Source: Candidatus Nomurabacteria bacterium
GTDB lineage: Bacteria > Patescibacteriota > Minisyncoccia > Phycocordibacterales > UBA918
DNA length: 64,000 nucleotides
Reading direction: 5' to 3'
Assembly: GCA_023898525.1 (NCBI GenBank)
Contig: CP060227.1
Location: 173,634-237,633, forward strand
Shown here piece by piece: positions 1 through 9,750 of this stretch. A program made the position numbers and the translations under genes. The first letter of the stretch is position 1. Each line of letters opens with the position of its first letter. The notes beneath the pieces were generated by a model, which ran no database searches, had not been told where the DNA came from, and saw nothing but the letters and a program-made list of their open reading frames with translations.

Positions 1-67
1 GTGTATTCATGATTCAAAGTCACCACAATGGTCATTTCATGGTCGTGCCGCTAGTTTTTTTGATGAT

Positions 68-262
68 ATGTTGACAGGAATAATATGCGGAGCAACAACA
101 GGGCTTGTTTTAGGTTTCTACGAGTTCGATAGTGATTGGACTTACTATTGGATTCTTTCCTGTGTAATCATCTCTGTATATGGATCACTGATAAGAATGA
201 TTTGTAAATTCTTCAACATAGAAATAGAAACGGTCACAATTAACTTATCTGAAAAACTATAA
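68..262 (+). CDS. small hypothetical protein (64 aa, hydrophobic)
   Basis: ORF-track ORF with no recognisable motif, followed by an imperfect hairpin at about 283-310. Confidence 0.2.
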   Translation: MLTGIICGATTGLVLGFYEFDSDWTYYWILSCVIISVYGSLIRMICKFFNIEIETVTINLSEKL

Positions 263-312
263 CAGTTTCTCAAAATAAAAAGCATCTCTTTTTTGAGGTG
301 CTTTTTTAATTT

Positions 313-374
313 TTATATCAAAAACTCAATCACATCACCGTCTTGTACCACATGCTCCTTGCCTTCGGTGCGGA
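313..374. repeat. diverged 62-bp duplicate of the ychF 3' end (59/62 identical to 1171..1232)
   Basis: direct comparison of the two stretches: tatatcaaaaactcaatcacatcaccgtcttgtaccac(a/g)t(g/a)ctccttgccttcggtgcg(g/a)ag. Confidence 0.7.
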
Positions 375-376
375 GA

Positions 377-1114
377 TTAAAACAAACTAACCCCTAAAAA
401 GACCGTTATTAGAAGCATAGCTATAATACCTATTACGTCAGCGGTCTTTTTAGACAACCTTCCCAAGACTTTTTTACCAAATAAAGTAGCAACTGTTATA
501 ATTGGAACAATGTATACAATAGGTATTACTTGATCTAAAGTTAGTTGTTCTGTCTCTAGACGCACAAGGAAGGCAAGGGACAGAACAACGAAACTTATGA
601 GAGATGTTGTGCCATGCATTTGCTGCAAGCTAATGTTTTCAGACAATAAATACACTTTTCGCAACGCACCACCCGCACCAAGTCCAGTACCCTGCATAAA
701 ACCTGAAATTATACTTACTATCACTAAAGTTGGTTCATGTATATTTTTACGTCTCTCTTGTACATTGTACATTTCATATATTTTCTTAAGGAGAAAATAA
801 GCTGACATAATGAATATCAGTACAAGTAGCATCATTGATGAAACAAGACTGACAACATAAGTACCGATCATTGCCATAACTATCGATATTGGTAACATCT
901 TTTTTATATATTTCGGCAAAACATCTTTTCGGAAGACTATTGTTTTTACCAAACTATTCACCATAAAAAAGAACGCCACTAGACCTATAGCTGTATGTGG
1001 CTCAACAATAAGTGATAACAAAGGATTTAAAACCACCGCCGCCGACATTGGTACAACCACAAAAAAGAACGAGGAAAAGCCAAGTAGTATATATACCAAA
1101 ATTTCCGTGTTCAT
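377..1114 (-). CDS. TauE/SafE (DUF81)-like multi-pass membrane permease
   Basis: 245 aa, about 8 hydrophobic helices, Gly-rich GxGxG stretch (GFMQGTGLGAGGALRKV); family assignment by overall architecture only. Confidence 0.45.
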   Translation of the reverse strand: MNTEILVYILLGFSSFFFVVVPMSAAVVLNPLLSLIVEPHTAIGLVAFFFMVNSLVKTIVFRKDVLPKYIKKMLPISIVMAMIGTYVVSLVSSMMLLVLIFIMSAYFLLKKIYEMYNVQERRKNIHEPTLVIVSIISGFMQGTGLGAGGALRKVYLLSENISLQQMHGTTSLISFVVLSLAFLVRLETEQLTLDQVIPIVYIVPIITVATLFGKKVLGRLSKKTADVIGIIAMLLITVFLGVSLF

Positions 1115-1169
1115 AATTATTAGTTTAGTATAACAGCAAAGGAGCCAGTAAAGTGATCTATAAATCGTC

Positions 1170-2267
1170 TTATATCAAAAACTCAATCACATCACCGTCT
1201 TGTACCACGTACTCCTTGCCTTCGGTGCGAAGCTTGCCTTGCTCGCGGGCCTTAGCGAGCGAGCCTGCTTGCACCAAGTCATCAAAAGTCACTACTTGCG
1301 CGCGGATGTATTTTTTCTCAAAGTCAGTATGAATAGCAGCAGCAGCCTTAGGTCCTAGTGAGCCAATTGGCACAGTCCAAGCTCTGGTTTCTTTTTCACC
1401 AGTCGTGAAGTAACTCATTAGTCCCAATCGGTGGTAACAAGCGCGGATTAGACTCTCTACCCCACTATCCTGCGCCCCATACTCACGACGGAAATCATTC
1501 TTTTCTTCTTCGGACATATCGCGAAGTTCATGCTCCATACCAGCATCTACCACCACATACTCCGCTCCGGTTGCCTCAAAGAAATGAAGAAGTTCCTGCC
1601 ACCGATCATCATTTTGCTCATCAAGATTATAAGCGTCGGTCTTTTTGTTACAAACATACAAGAAAGGCTTCATAGTGAGAAGGTGTAGATGTCTCACAAT
1701 CTTTTTCTCATCATCTGACATCTCAAGTGAGTTAGCCAAGCTACCAGCCTCTAGGTGCGGCAAGAGTCTAGTAAGAAGATCCTTCTCCGCTACTGCTTCT
1801 TTATCACCTCGCTTAGCATCACGCTCGACATTTCCCAATCTCTTACTCACCGTCTCAGCGTCAGCCAAAATAAGCTCAAGATTGATTACTTCAATATCAG
1901 AAAGTGGATTTACTCCCCCTGACACATGATGCACATCGCTATCTTCAAATATACGCACCACTTCCGCAATCATATCGGTCTCGCGAATATTGGCCAAGAA
2001 TTTGTTACCAAGACCTTCACCGGCTGATGCTCCCTGCACCAAACCGGCAATATCAACAAACTCCACCACCGCTGGGATAATTTCTGATGAACCCGAAATA
2101 GCAGATAAGGTCGCTAAACGACTGTCGGGTACTGCTACCAAACCCACCGTTGGGTCAATAGTAGCAAACGGATAATTAGCAATCAGCACCTCATTTTTAG
2201 TGAGGGCGGTAAATAAAGTGGACTTCCCAACATTTGGTAACCCGACAATTCCAACAGATAATGACAT
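1170..2267 (-). CDS. ychF: ribosome-binding ATPase YchF (Obg-family GTPase with C-terminal TGS domain)
   Basis: N-terminus MSLSVGIVGLPNVGKSTLFTALT (P-loop), NKxD-like motif, C-terminal TGS-like DGDVIEF; 365 aa. Confidence 0.85.
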   Translation of the reverse strand: MSLSVGIVGLPNVGKSTLFTALTKNEVLIANYPFATIDPTVGLVAVPDSRLATLSAISGSSEIIPAVVEFVDIAGLVQGASAGEGLGNKFLANIRETDMIAEVVRIFEDSDVHHVSGGVNPLSDIEVINLELILADAETVSKRLGNVERDAKRGDKEAVAEKDLLTRLLPHLEAGSLANSLEMSDDEKKIVRHLHLLTMKPFLYVCNKKTDAYNLDEQNDDRWQELLHFFEATGAEYVVVDAGMEHELRDMSEEEKNDFRREYGAQDSGVESLIRACYHRLGLMSYFTTGEKETRAWTVPIGSLGPKAAAAIHTDFEKKYIRAQVVTFDDLVQAGSLAKAREQGKLRTEGKEYVVQDGDVIEFLI

Positions 2268-2302
2268 ATGGTGGCTAGCGTAACATTTTAATTATAAATT
2301 TA

Positions 2303-2758
2303 CTATAAATCTTCTTTTTTTTCTTTTAATTCTTCAGATTTAAGGCGACTGCCGTACATAAAAACCCAAACCAGTCCAGCAACTGTTCCTGTACCCATAA
2401 TACTTCCCGCCACCGGATTACCAAAAACTCCAATTATAGCCGATACCGACAAACCAACAATTGCAATTATAAAACCAAGTATTTGACCCCATTTTGAACG
2501 GTGTATGTCAGACTCGATTACTTTCTTTTCAAGATCGCGTCTATGTGAAGATTGTTCTTCAGCCATTTTTATAATCCTTTCCGCCGCTCCAGGGGAAACT
2601 TCTTCAAATCTATGTAACACATCAGGGTGCGGTAACGGACCAGAAAATGAATGCCTTACGTGTTGCTTGTGGACCACAACCCCTCTTTCATCTGGTGAGT
2701 TATCAAACGAATGGGGTACAGATCTAACTGTTTTTTGACTTTTTTTCTTTTTGCTCAT
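2303..2758 (-). CDS. DUF2335-like membrane protein
   Basis: FEEVSPGAAERIIKMAEEQ motif followed by two C-terminal TM helices; recalled family resemblance only. Confidence 0.35.
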   Translation of the reverse strand: MSKKKKSQKTVRSVPHSFDNSPDERGVVVHKQHVRHSFSGPLPHPDVLHRFEEVSPGAAERIIKMAEEQSSHRRDLEKKVIESDIHRSKWGQILGFIIAIVGLSVSAIIGVFGNPVAGSIMGTGTVAGLVWVFMYGSRLKSEELKEKKEDL

Positions 2759-2951
2759 AGCTTTTAATGGATTTGCTTAAATCTTCACCTACAGCCATCC
2801 AATCGTTTTTTAGAGCAATAATATCAGCTTCTCTTTCAGACATTGATTCATTATATCTTTGCATTGTAGCCCCAATGTCTACAACACTACCCATCCCCTC
2901 AATCAGTGACGGTTCAGCAAAAAGACTCCCGAATACATAGCGACGTTTCAT
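2724..2951 (-). CDS. hypothetical protein (75 aa)
   Basis: ORF only; overlaps the next gene by 35 nt. Confidence 0.2.
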   Translation of the reverse strand: MKRRYVFGSLFAEPSLIEGMGSVVDIGATMQRYNESMSEREADIIALKNDWMAVGEDLSKSIKSYEQKEKKSKNS

Positions 2952-2999
2952 TATACACTCATGTTAACAAACAAGGTATTACAAAGCAAATGATCAGAC

Positions 3000-3836
3000 C
3001 TAAAACGGCAACAAACTTCGCTCGTATTCACAAAATACTACATCGCTTGAGTCGATACCTAAGCGGTTAGCAAACTCCTGTCTAGCGATTTCGCGATTAC
3101 CAACCATATCGACAAGACCAGCGTCAACCGCTTTAGCTCCCGGCATGGTCGAACCATCAGCCAGCTCTTGGACATTTTCTACTGAGAGCCCACGGAGATC
3201 AGCGACCTGTCGCACAAATTCGTTATGGATTATCTCCAAATCAGCTTCAAACTTTTCTCTTTCTGCATCAGTCAAGGGTTTGTTTGGATTACCGGCATCT
3301 TTAAACTCACCCGTTGATAACTCCACAAAAGTCAGTCCTTTCTTTTCATTCTTTTTAGAATTTTCTACATAGGACATAGTGACCCCAATACTACCGACAT
3401 CTGACATAGCTGAAGCAATGATCTTATTAGAACCAGCCGCTACCAAGTAGCCACCAGAAGCCCCGATATCACCAATCAAACTAATGGTTGGCAATGAAGT
3501 AGACCGTATCATTTGACTAATCTGCTCGGCCGCCACTGGTGTGCCACCAGGAGAATTTATTTCAAGTAATAATCCGTCAACTCCAAGGTCTTTTTCGGCG
3601 CTAGCAATAAAATCACGCACCATACCCGGTGTCGTGACTAAACCATAGTCTTCGAACCCATTGTATGGCAATATCACCCCTTCAATCGGCAACACTCCAA
3701 TGTTACAAAAACCATCACTGATAGTATCAGACCGGTACCACGCATCAGTAATACCCAATATCAAAATGAAGGTTAATAAGACTGCTACCACCCGTAAAAA
3801 TACCCCAGCCACTTCTCTACCAAATGTTTTTTCCAT
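3000..3836 (-). CDS. sppA: signal peptide peptidase SppA (S49 family, 36K type) with N-terminal membrane anchor
   Basis: N-terminal TM helix, then SPGGTPVAAEQI and GDIGASGGYLVAAGSNKIIASAMSDVGSIGV (S49/ClpP-fold serine-lysine dyad region). Confidence 0.75.
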   Translation of the reverse strand: MEKTFGREVAGVFLRVVAVLLTFILILGITDAWYRSDTISDGFCNIGVLPIEGVILPYNGFEDYGLVTTPGMVRDFIASAEKDLGVDGLLLEINSPGGTPVAAEQISQMIRSTSLPTISLIGDIGASGGYLVAAGSNKIIASAMSDVGSIGVTMSYVENSKKNEKKGLTFVELSTGEFKDAGNPNKPLTDAEREKFEADLEIIHNEFVRQVADLRGLSVENVQELADGSTMPGAKAVDAGLVDMVGNREIARQEFANRLGIDSSDVVFCEYERSLLPF

Positions 3837-3914
3837 AATTAACCTATCTTATCATAAATACTAAACACACTCGGCAACAAAACCTTTTATATAGTGTAGA
3901 ATAAGCGTATCATT

Positions 3915-4961
3915 ATGAAAATTCCGACCCTACCGCTAAAAACGGCTACCACCAAAAAAATTCTGTTTGTTTTTATAGCGGCTACCGGGTTTGTTTTTGT
4001 ATTTGGCCTTTTCGTCTTACTTTTTACCAAATACATAATCAATCATGAGAATTTTGTACTACTACACCCCAACAAAGACACACAGGGTTTGGGAGCTGAT
4101 TATTTTCCTATTGGCGTGGACCCAGCCAAAAAAGAAATTGTTGAAAACGCTTCGGTTGACTGGTACGTTGAAAGCTATCTTTCTATTCATGTTGACGAAT
4201 CACGTAAACAGCGTTTGTTTGACCGTATGGTGGCCGAACTAGCAAAGTGGGATTTCTATCAGCAGTTCGCTTCACCTCGCAGTCGAGTGTTAGTCATTTA
4301 TCCAGGTGAACGAAAAGAGGAAATTGCGAAAAATTTTGGTGATATCCTAAAGTGGACAAAGTCCGAACGTGAACAGTTCATGGCAGCCGTAGTAGAAGCT
4401 GAACCACTTATTAGTGACGGGAAATTCTATCCAGGCAGATACGTAGTAGACATAGATACCTCACCGGAAGTTGTGGCCGAAACTTTAAATAGTCGTTTTG
4501 ATCACGAAATCGCAGACAAGTACAATCCCGAAATCGCCACCAAGGTTCCCCTTAAAGACGCTCTGACCATAGCCTCCTTATTGGAGCGCGAGGCTTATGA
4601 CTTTACTGATATGCGCTACATTTCCGGAATCATCTGGAACCGAACTTTTATAAATATGCCACTGCAGCTCGACGCCACCTTGCAATACGTACGTGGTAGC
4701 AAACCCAGCGAACCAAAATGGTGGCCGGCCGTCAGACCTAATGATAAGTTTTTATCTTCACCCTACAATACTTATAAAAATACCGGCTTACCACCAGCAC
4801 CGATTGCCAATCCGTCGGTGGAGGCAGTAGTAGCTGCTTTAAATCCCCGCGCAACTGACTGCTTGTTTTATTTTCATGATAAAAATGGAGAATTTTACTG
4901 CTCAGCTACCTATGAAGATCATATTGCTTCACTAAAGAAGGTGTACGGTCGCGGACAATAG
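3915..4961 (+). CDS. mltG: endolytic murein transglycosylase MltG (YceG-like)
   Basis: N-terminal TM helix; central YceG-like region; C-terminal LFYFHDKNGEFYCSATYEDHIASL typical of MltG. Confidence 0.75.
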   Translation: MKIPTLPLKTATTKKILFVFIAATGFVFVFGLFVLLFTKYIINHENFVLLHPNKDTQGLGADYFPIGVDPAKKEIVENASVDWYVESYLSIHVDESRKQRLFDRMVAELAKWDFYQQFASPRSRVLVIYPGERKEEIAKNFGDILKWTKSEREQFMAAVVEAEPLISDGKFYPGRYVVDIDTSPEVVAETLNSRFDHEIADKYNPEIATKVPLKDALTIASLLEREAYDFTDMRYISGIIWNRTFINMPLQLDATLQYVRGSKPSEPKWWPAVRPNDKFLSSPYNTYKNTGLPPAPIANPSVEAVVAALNPRATDCLFYFHDKNGEFYCSATYEDHIASLKKVYGRGQ

Positions 4962-5010
4962 AAAACAGCGTAAATTTTGCTTTACTTCACAAAATTTACG
5001 CTGTTTGGTT

Positions 5011-5301
5011 TTATCGATTTCCTCTCCAGCCTGGATTATCCCAAATATGTCTGTTATCAGGTGTTCTATAGAACCCATGATTGCGGGTGTTGACCCCAGG
5101 CCTTTTCCTGAATCTAGTTGCTCCTGTGCCTGGGTTGTAATCACCGAAATATTGATTACCACGAACTCCACTGTGATAACCTCCAGGGTTCCCGTATACT
5201 TGTCCACCATATCCACCGAACCCTCCATACGGTGCAACCCCAACACATCCAACAAGAAAAGGAAATGCTAATATAATTAAAATCAAAGGAACTTTTTTCA
5301 T
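5011..5301 (-). CDS. Gly/Tyr-rich putative lipoprotein (96 aa)
   Basis: signal peptide with lipobox-like LVGC, then GYGG/GGY-rich low-complexity sequence. Confidence 0.3.
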   Translation of the reverse strand: MKKVPLILIILAFPFLVGCVGVAPYGGFGGYGGQVYGNPGGYHSGVRGNQYFGDYNPGTGATRFRKRPGVNTRNHGFYRTPDNRHIWDNPGWRGNR

Positions 5302-5407
5302 TTTGACCTCCCAGTCAAAAAATGTTAATCAAATTCAATTTAAATAATATCACAAAACACCAAACTTGTCAATAGAAAAGTTCGGTGTTTTGCTAATTCC
5401 GCTTGAA

Positions 5408-5992
5408 TTATACCCCTTTTTGTCCTAATTCGACCACTTCTTTTTCCCACTTTTTGCGGGTTTTGTCGTCTACCTTTTCACATGGACCAAAAGCACTAAC
5501 TGCTGTGCGAATACCGGCAAACTCCATAATTCCGTACTGGATTTCGTTGGTATAATCACCATATTGCCACCACGTCTTAAATGGACTATGTGAACCGGAA
5601 AGGATAATCACGCGACCAGTTCTCCCCTTTAAATGTTTTTCTACTTGCTTAGTTTCTTTATTGAAGTTAAAGGCAAACCCGGGAAGCCAAAAACGGTCAA
5701 ACAAGCCTTTAAGTAAAGCCGGCATGGTACACCACCAATTTGGATAAACAATCACAATATGCTCAGCCCATAAAAACTTCTCTTGTAGATCAACTAAGTC
5801 CGGCTCCAATTCCTGAATTTCTTTATAACCCTTATGTAGTATCGGATCAAAACTCAAATCACCCAAATTTACCCGCTGTACATTATGACCCGCTTCTTCC
5901 GCTGCCAGCTGGTAATTATCAGTCATTTGTCCACTGTATGATTCTTTGTCAGGGTGTCCGCATAAAACTAAAATATTCTTCGGGTTTTTCAT
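5408..5992 (-). CDS. flavodoxin-like fold NAD(P)H-dependent (quinone) oxidoreductase
   Basis: MKNPKNILVLCGHPDKESYSG N-terminus and overall Flavodoxin_2 (MdaB/KefG-like) pattern; 194 aa. Confidence 0.6.
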   Translation of the reverse strand: MKNPKNILVLCGHPDKESYSGQMTDNYQLAAEEAGHNVQRVNLGDLSFDPILHKGYKEIQELEPDLVDLQEKFLWAEHIVIVYPNWWCTMPALLKGLFDRFWLPGFAFNFNKETKQVEKHLKGRTGRVIILSGSHSPFKTWWQYGDYTNEIQYGIMEFAGIRTAVSAFGPCEKVDDKTRKKWEKEVVELGQKGV

Positions 5993-6058
5993 ATCTCTCT
6001 AGTATAACGGAAAAGGCGCCAGCGTAGCTGGCGCCTTGTTGATTACTTTCGATCTAAT

Positions 6059-6373
6059 TTAATTACGTATTGTTCCGTTAGGGTTAAATCTTCCCTGTGA
6101 CCCCATCTGCATTTTCATCAACTGCTCCTTCATCTCAGGACTCATTACAGCCATGATCTCTGCTTGATATTTTGGCAGCACTTTTTGAGCAGCTGCCATT
6201 TGGTTATTCCCATTTACTTTTAGTTCAGCTTGCATTTCCTTGGCTATTTTTTCAAATAAGGCCGGATCCTTTTCGATCATTTCCATGATCATTTTTTGCT
6301 GCTCTTCAGGTACCCCTTTCATCTGTGACTGAAGAACCTTTTTAAGTGCAAATTGTTTTAATTTTCCAAACAT
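6059..6373 (-). CDS. Met/Lys/Glu-rich hypothetical protein (104 aa)
   Basis: ORF with Met-rich helical composition, no assignable family. Confidence 0.3.
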   Translation of the reverse strand: MFGKLKQFALKKVLQSQMKGVPEEQQKMIMEMIEKDPALFEKIAKEMQAELKVNGNNQMAAAQKVLPKYQAEIMAVMSPEMKEQLMKMQMGSQGRFNPNGTIRN

Positions 6374-6422
6374 AATGTGTCTGATTGTATCACAAATGTC
6401 TAATTATTTAGAGTCTTTGTAA

Positions 6423-7715
6423 TTACTTTCTTTTCTGCCACTCTCTACCCTGTCTGACCAGCAGCTCAGATGCTCGTTCTGGCTCCTGCATTATTTCTTC
6501 AACAATCCTTTCGGCTCGCACTCCTTGTGAACCCTTAATCAAAATAACATCACCAGGCTTGATAAAAGCTTGTAACTCTCGACCAGCTCTAGCGGCATCG
6601 TCGTATTGATAGACCGTTTTGTCACTCAAGCCATTATTTAGAGACGCTTCTGCCATACTCCGCGCCCTGACTCCAACTGTAAACAAGACATCAGCACAGT
6701 GTGGCACGAATTCACCTATTTTCTCGTGTTCACGTGCCGAAAATTGACCCAACTCCAACATATCACCTAGTACAGCAATTTTGCGCTTGGCGTAACGAAT
6801 CTCTTTTAAGGTGGCGAGGGCTTGGACTGTAGCAGCTGGTGATGCGTTGTATGAGTCATCAATAATCACCGTCCCTTTAATACCGGCTAATATATTCATC
6901 CGACCAGGTGGAGGCAGATATTCCTCAAGCGCCTTAGCCGCCTCTGCTACTGAGACTCCACACGAAACGGCAGTAGCAATGGCGGCGGCGCATGTATAGA
7001 CATACTGCACACCAACGGCTCCCGCCACTTTAACTTCATACTTGTCACCAAGATTATCAATCACAAAACTGATTCCGGCTGGTACATCATCCCGATAGTA
7101 TATCTGGTCTTTCCCAGCTAAAAAATGAGAGCTTAGATAACGACTAAAACCGATTGCTTTATGTCTGAACTCGGGTAACTTTGATTGGATAATTTCATCA
7201 TCGTGGTTATAAACTATAACCCCTTCCGGATCAAGCGCGTCAACGAGTCTTAATTTTTCTTCAACTACGGCTTCAGGTGAAGCAAAATATTCAACATGTA
7301 CCGGCACATCAGGCAATCTAGTCAAAACTACAATGTGTGGCTTGAGCCATTTAGTTAAATTTACCATGTCATTTGGCCTATCGATACCAGCTTCGATAAT
7401 CAAATATTCAGGATAATCCTTAGCAAAAAAGGCAATAAAAAAACCGTCCACTATATTTTTAAGCCACAAAAAAGGATTGTTCCAAGCATTCGGTAAACCA
7501 AGGACAGTAAGTGGGACTCCAATTTCAGAATTAAAACTTTTCTCACTTTTCCTGGTCACATAGTGATTTTTTAAGATACTATAGATAGCATCTTTGGCGG
7601 CTGTCTTACCGACACTACCTGTTACCGCCACAATTACCGGGCGACGACGATTCAAGAGCCGTTTGGCCTCAAAAGTAAGAATTCTAACAACAACTGATTT
7701 CAAAAACTTTTTCAT
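6423..7715 (-). CDS. murF: Mur ligase, most likely UDP-MurNAc-tripeptide--D-Ala-D-Ala ligase MurF
   Basis: AVTGSVGKTAAKD (Mur ligase P-loop), DDSYNASP (MurF-type motif rather than MurE DNPR); immediately downstream of ftsI. Confidence 0.65.
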   Translation of the reverse strand: MKKFLKSVVVRILTFEAKRLLNRRRPVIVAVTGSVGKTAAKDAIYSILKNHYVTRKSEKSFNSEIGVPLTVLGLPNAWNNPFLWLKNIVDGFFIAFFAKDYPEYLIIEAGIDRPNDMVNLTKWLKPHIVVLTRLPDVPVHVEYFASPEAVVEEKLRLVDALDPEGVIVYNHDDEIIQSKLPEFRHKAIGFSRYLSSHFLAGKDQIYYRDDVPAGISFVIDNLGDKYEVKVAGAVGVQYVYTCAAAIATAVSCGVSVAEAAKALEEYLPPPGRMNILAGIKGTVIIDDSYNASPAATVQALATLKEIRYAKRKIAVLGDMLELGQFSAREHEKIGEFVPHCADVLFTVGVRARSMAEASLNNGLSDKTVYQYDDAARAGRELQAFIKPGDVILIKGSQGVRAERIVEEIMQEPERASELLVRQGREWQKRK

Positions 7716-7716
7716 G

Positions 7717-9435
7717 TTAACGGTCAGGTGGAATGGTGTAATAATTGATTAAAAACTTTGCAATATTCATAAATGGGTCAGTTAAGGTCTCAGACGCATA
7801 TCTCACCCCCTTTGGTTCTACAGTATACATGAAAACAATAAATTTTGGGTCGAAGGCTGGAAAGTAGCCAAAAAATGAGTGTAAGTAGCGATCATCGTAG
7901 TATCCGCCACCGTTAGGATTGGCAATCTGAGCTGTCCCAGTCTTGGCCCCAATGGTATGCTGTGGTAAGGATTTCTTACCATTGGCCAAAGCATCATCGA
8001 CCACGATTGTAAGCATTCTGGATATTTCTTCACTAGTTCTTTCAGACAAGACCTGATCTCCTTCAGGATACCGAATCTCACGAGTTGTACCATTATCATA
8101 GATAACTTCTGAAGCTATATGCGGTGTCACTAATCGTCCTCCATTACCTAAGGTAGCCAAAGCTCTAATCGTCGCAATCGGCGTGAGAGCAATACCTTGG
8201 CCAAACGAAGCAGTAGCATATTCAACCTCTCGCGGTGAGTTAAGGTTGTCGACCAATCCATAAACTTCATTGGGTTGATCTATACCAGTCTCACTCCCTA
8301 ACTTGAAATTAAGAAAATATTCTCGGAACTTATCTTTACCCATTTTCTGAGCTATGTACGAAACACCAGTGTTCAAAGATTGATTTAAAATCTCTTGCAT
8401 CGGTACAGTACCACGCCCGCGACCATCATAATTGCTTATAGTCATTGAATTAAGAGTGATGGTTCCCGCATCATAATAAGTTGAATCACGAGTAATCACC
8501 CCACTATCAAGACCGGCCGCCATGGTTAAGGCTTTTATAGTCGAACCAAACTCATAAACATCTTCAACTAGCGGGTTTCTAAATTGCTCGACCGTAGAAG
8601 TTCCACGGTCATTTAGGTTATAACCAGGTACGACATCCATCGCATAGATAGCACCGGTTTTTGGATCCATTATAATGGCACCGGTCATCTTACTTTGATA
8701 TTTATCGTTAGTTTCCTGCAACTGGGTACTCAGCATTCTGGCCACCACCGGCTCAATTGTCGTCACCACGTCACCCTTGGGTGACTCATCTTTCTCATAG
8801 ACCGCGCGTCCTAGATTACTAAATATTTCAGCAAAGAAGTTGACTGACTGCACTTCTGTATCATGAAATAAAACTTCATCATAATAACGTTCCAAACCAT
8901 ATTTCCCATGCAGCTCATTTTCTGTCTCAGCACTATAGCCCACAAAGCCAATGGTTCTAGCTACTAAATCGGCACCGGGATAATATCGCCACTGATTGCG
9001 ATACAACTGTACACCGTCTATATCAAGGTCTGATATCTTATCAGCCACGTCATCTGACAAAGTGGTTTCAATTTCAACATAAGTGCGATCAGGTAAGGTC
9101 GCCCGATTTATACAGCGGTCTTTAGAAATAGATAGATAAGGCAATAATTTTTCACAGACGATTGCCGCATCTTGTATCATCTCCGGATTAAATGATAATA
9201 AGTAACCAGAGCTAATTGAAGCGGCTGAAACCTTTTCGCCATCCTTGGTCGTAAAATATATTGAGCCACGGGAATACAAATCCTGTTTAGTATGAACATA
9301 CTGACTCTCCGCTTTTTCTGTATATTCCTCCCCATGAACAACTTGAATCTGATATAGACGAAAAACCAAGACCAGTGCCAAAAAAAGCACTAATCCGGTT
9401 ATAATGCGAATTCTTAAAACCATTTGCTGTCTCAT
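7717..9435 (-). CDS. ftsI: penicillin-binding protein, division transpeptidase FtsI (class B PBP)
   Basis: N-terminal TM helix, SxxK (GSTIK), SxN, KTG (GAKTGTAQ) motifs; position in mraZ-rsmH-ftsL-ftsI order. Confidence 0.8.
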   Translation of the reverse strand: MRQQMVLRIRIITGLVLFLALVLVFRLYQIQVVHGEEYTEKAESQYVHTKQDLYSRGSIYFTTKDGEKVSAASISSGYLLSFNPEMIQDAAIVCEKLLPYLSISKDRCINRATLPDRTYVEIETTLSDDVADKISDLDIDGVQLYRNQWRYYPGADLVARTIGFVGYSAETENELHGKYGLERYYDEVLFHDTEVQSVNFFAEIFSNLGRAVYEKDESPKGDVVTTIEPVVARMLSTQLQETNDKYQSKMTGAIIMDPKTGAIYAMDVVPGYNLNDRGTSTVEQFRNPLVEDVYEFGSTIKALTMAAGLDSGVITRDSTYYDAGTITLNSMTISNYDGRGRGTVPMQEILNQSLNTGVSYIAQKMGKDKFREYFLNFKLGSETGIDQPNEVYGLVDNLNSPREVEYATASFGQGIALTPIATIRALATLGNGGRLVTPHIASEVIYDNGTTREIRYPEGDQVLSERTSEEISRMLTIVVDDALANGKKSLPQHTIGAKTGTAQIANPNGGGYYDDRYLHSFFGYFPAFDPKFIVFMYTVEPKGVRYASETLTDPFMNIAKFLINYYTIPPDR

Positions 9436-9438
9436 AGC

Positions 9439-9750
9439 TTATTCGGAAACAGTATTATATACCAGATTTTGTTCAGACCGACTAACAAATATCTTGTTGT
9501 CACTCAATTCAAAATTATCCAAGGTAGCTACCTCTGAACTGATTTCATGACGAGCTTCTATATACGAAGCTTCCAGCTTTGCAATCTGAGAACGAAGTTC
9601 ATTTAAATCATGTAATGCCTCCTTACGCATCACTACATGCATAACAGATAAGCTTAAAAAATACATATACAAAGCAATACCAACTAAAAACAAACCTACC
9701 CCTAAAGACGTGATTAAGTGATTATTCTTGGTGATTACCTTTGTATTCAT
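9439..9750 (-). CDS. ftsL: FtsL/FtsB-like septum formation protein (single TM plus coiled coil)
   Basis: 103 aa, TM helix then heptad-like LNELRSQIAKLEASYIEARHEI; conserved position between rsmH and ftsI. Confidence 0.45.
   Translation of the reverse strand: MNTKVITKNNHLITSLGVGLFLVGIALYMYFLSLSVMHVVMRKEALHDLNELRSQIAKLEASYIEARHEISSEVATLDNFELSDNKIFVSRSEQNLVYNTVSE

Noticed and set aside
1645-2175. Plus-strand ORFs of 94 and 61 aa overlapping ychF, and similar antisense ORFs throughout (for example 6811..6999, 16818..17096, 28979..29263, 49884..50510, 53171..53641).
   Set aside because: They lie entirely within longer, motif-supported genes on the opposite strand and have no motifs. They are ORF-track artefacts.
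6059-6373. The Met-rich 104-aa protein as an SRP54 M-domain-like fragment.
   Set aside because: There is only a compositional resemblance (Met-rich helices) and no NG domain or conserved M-domain motif. It is kept as hypothetical.
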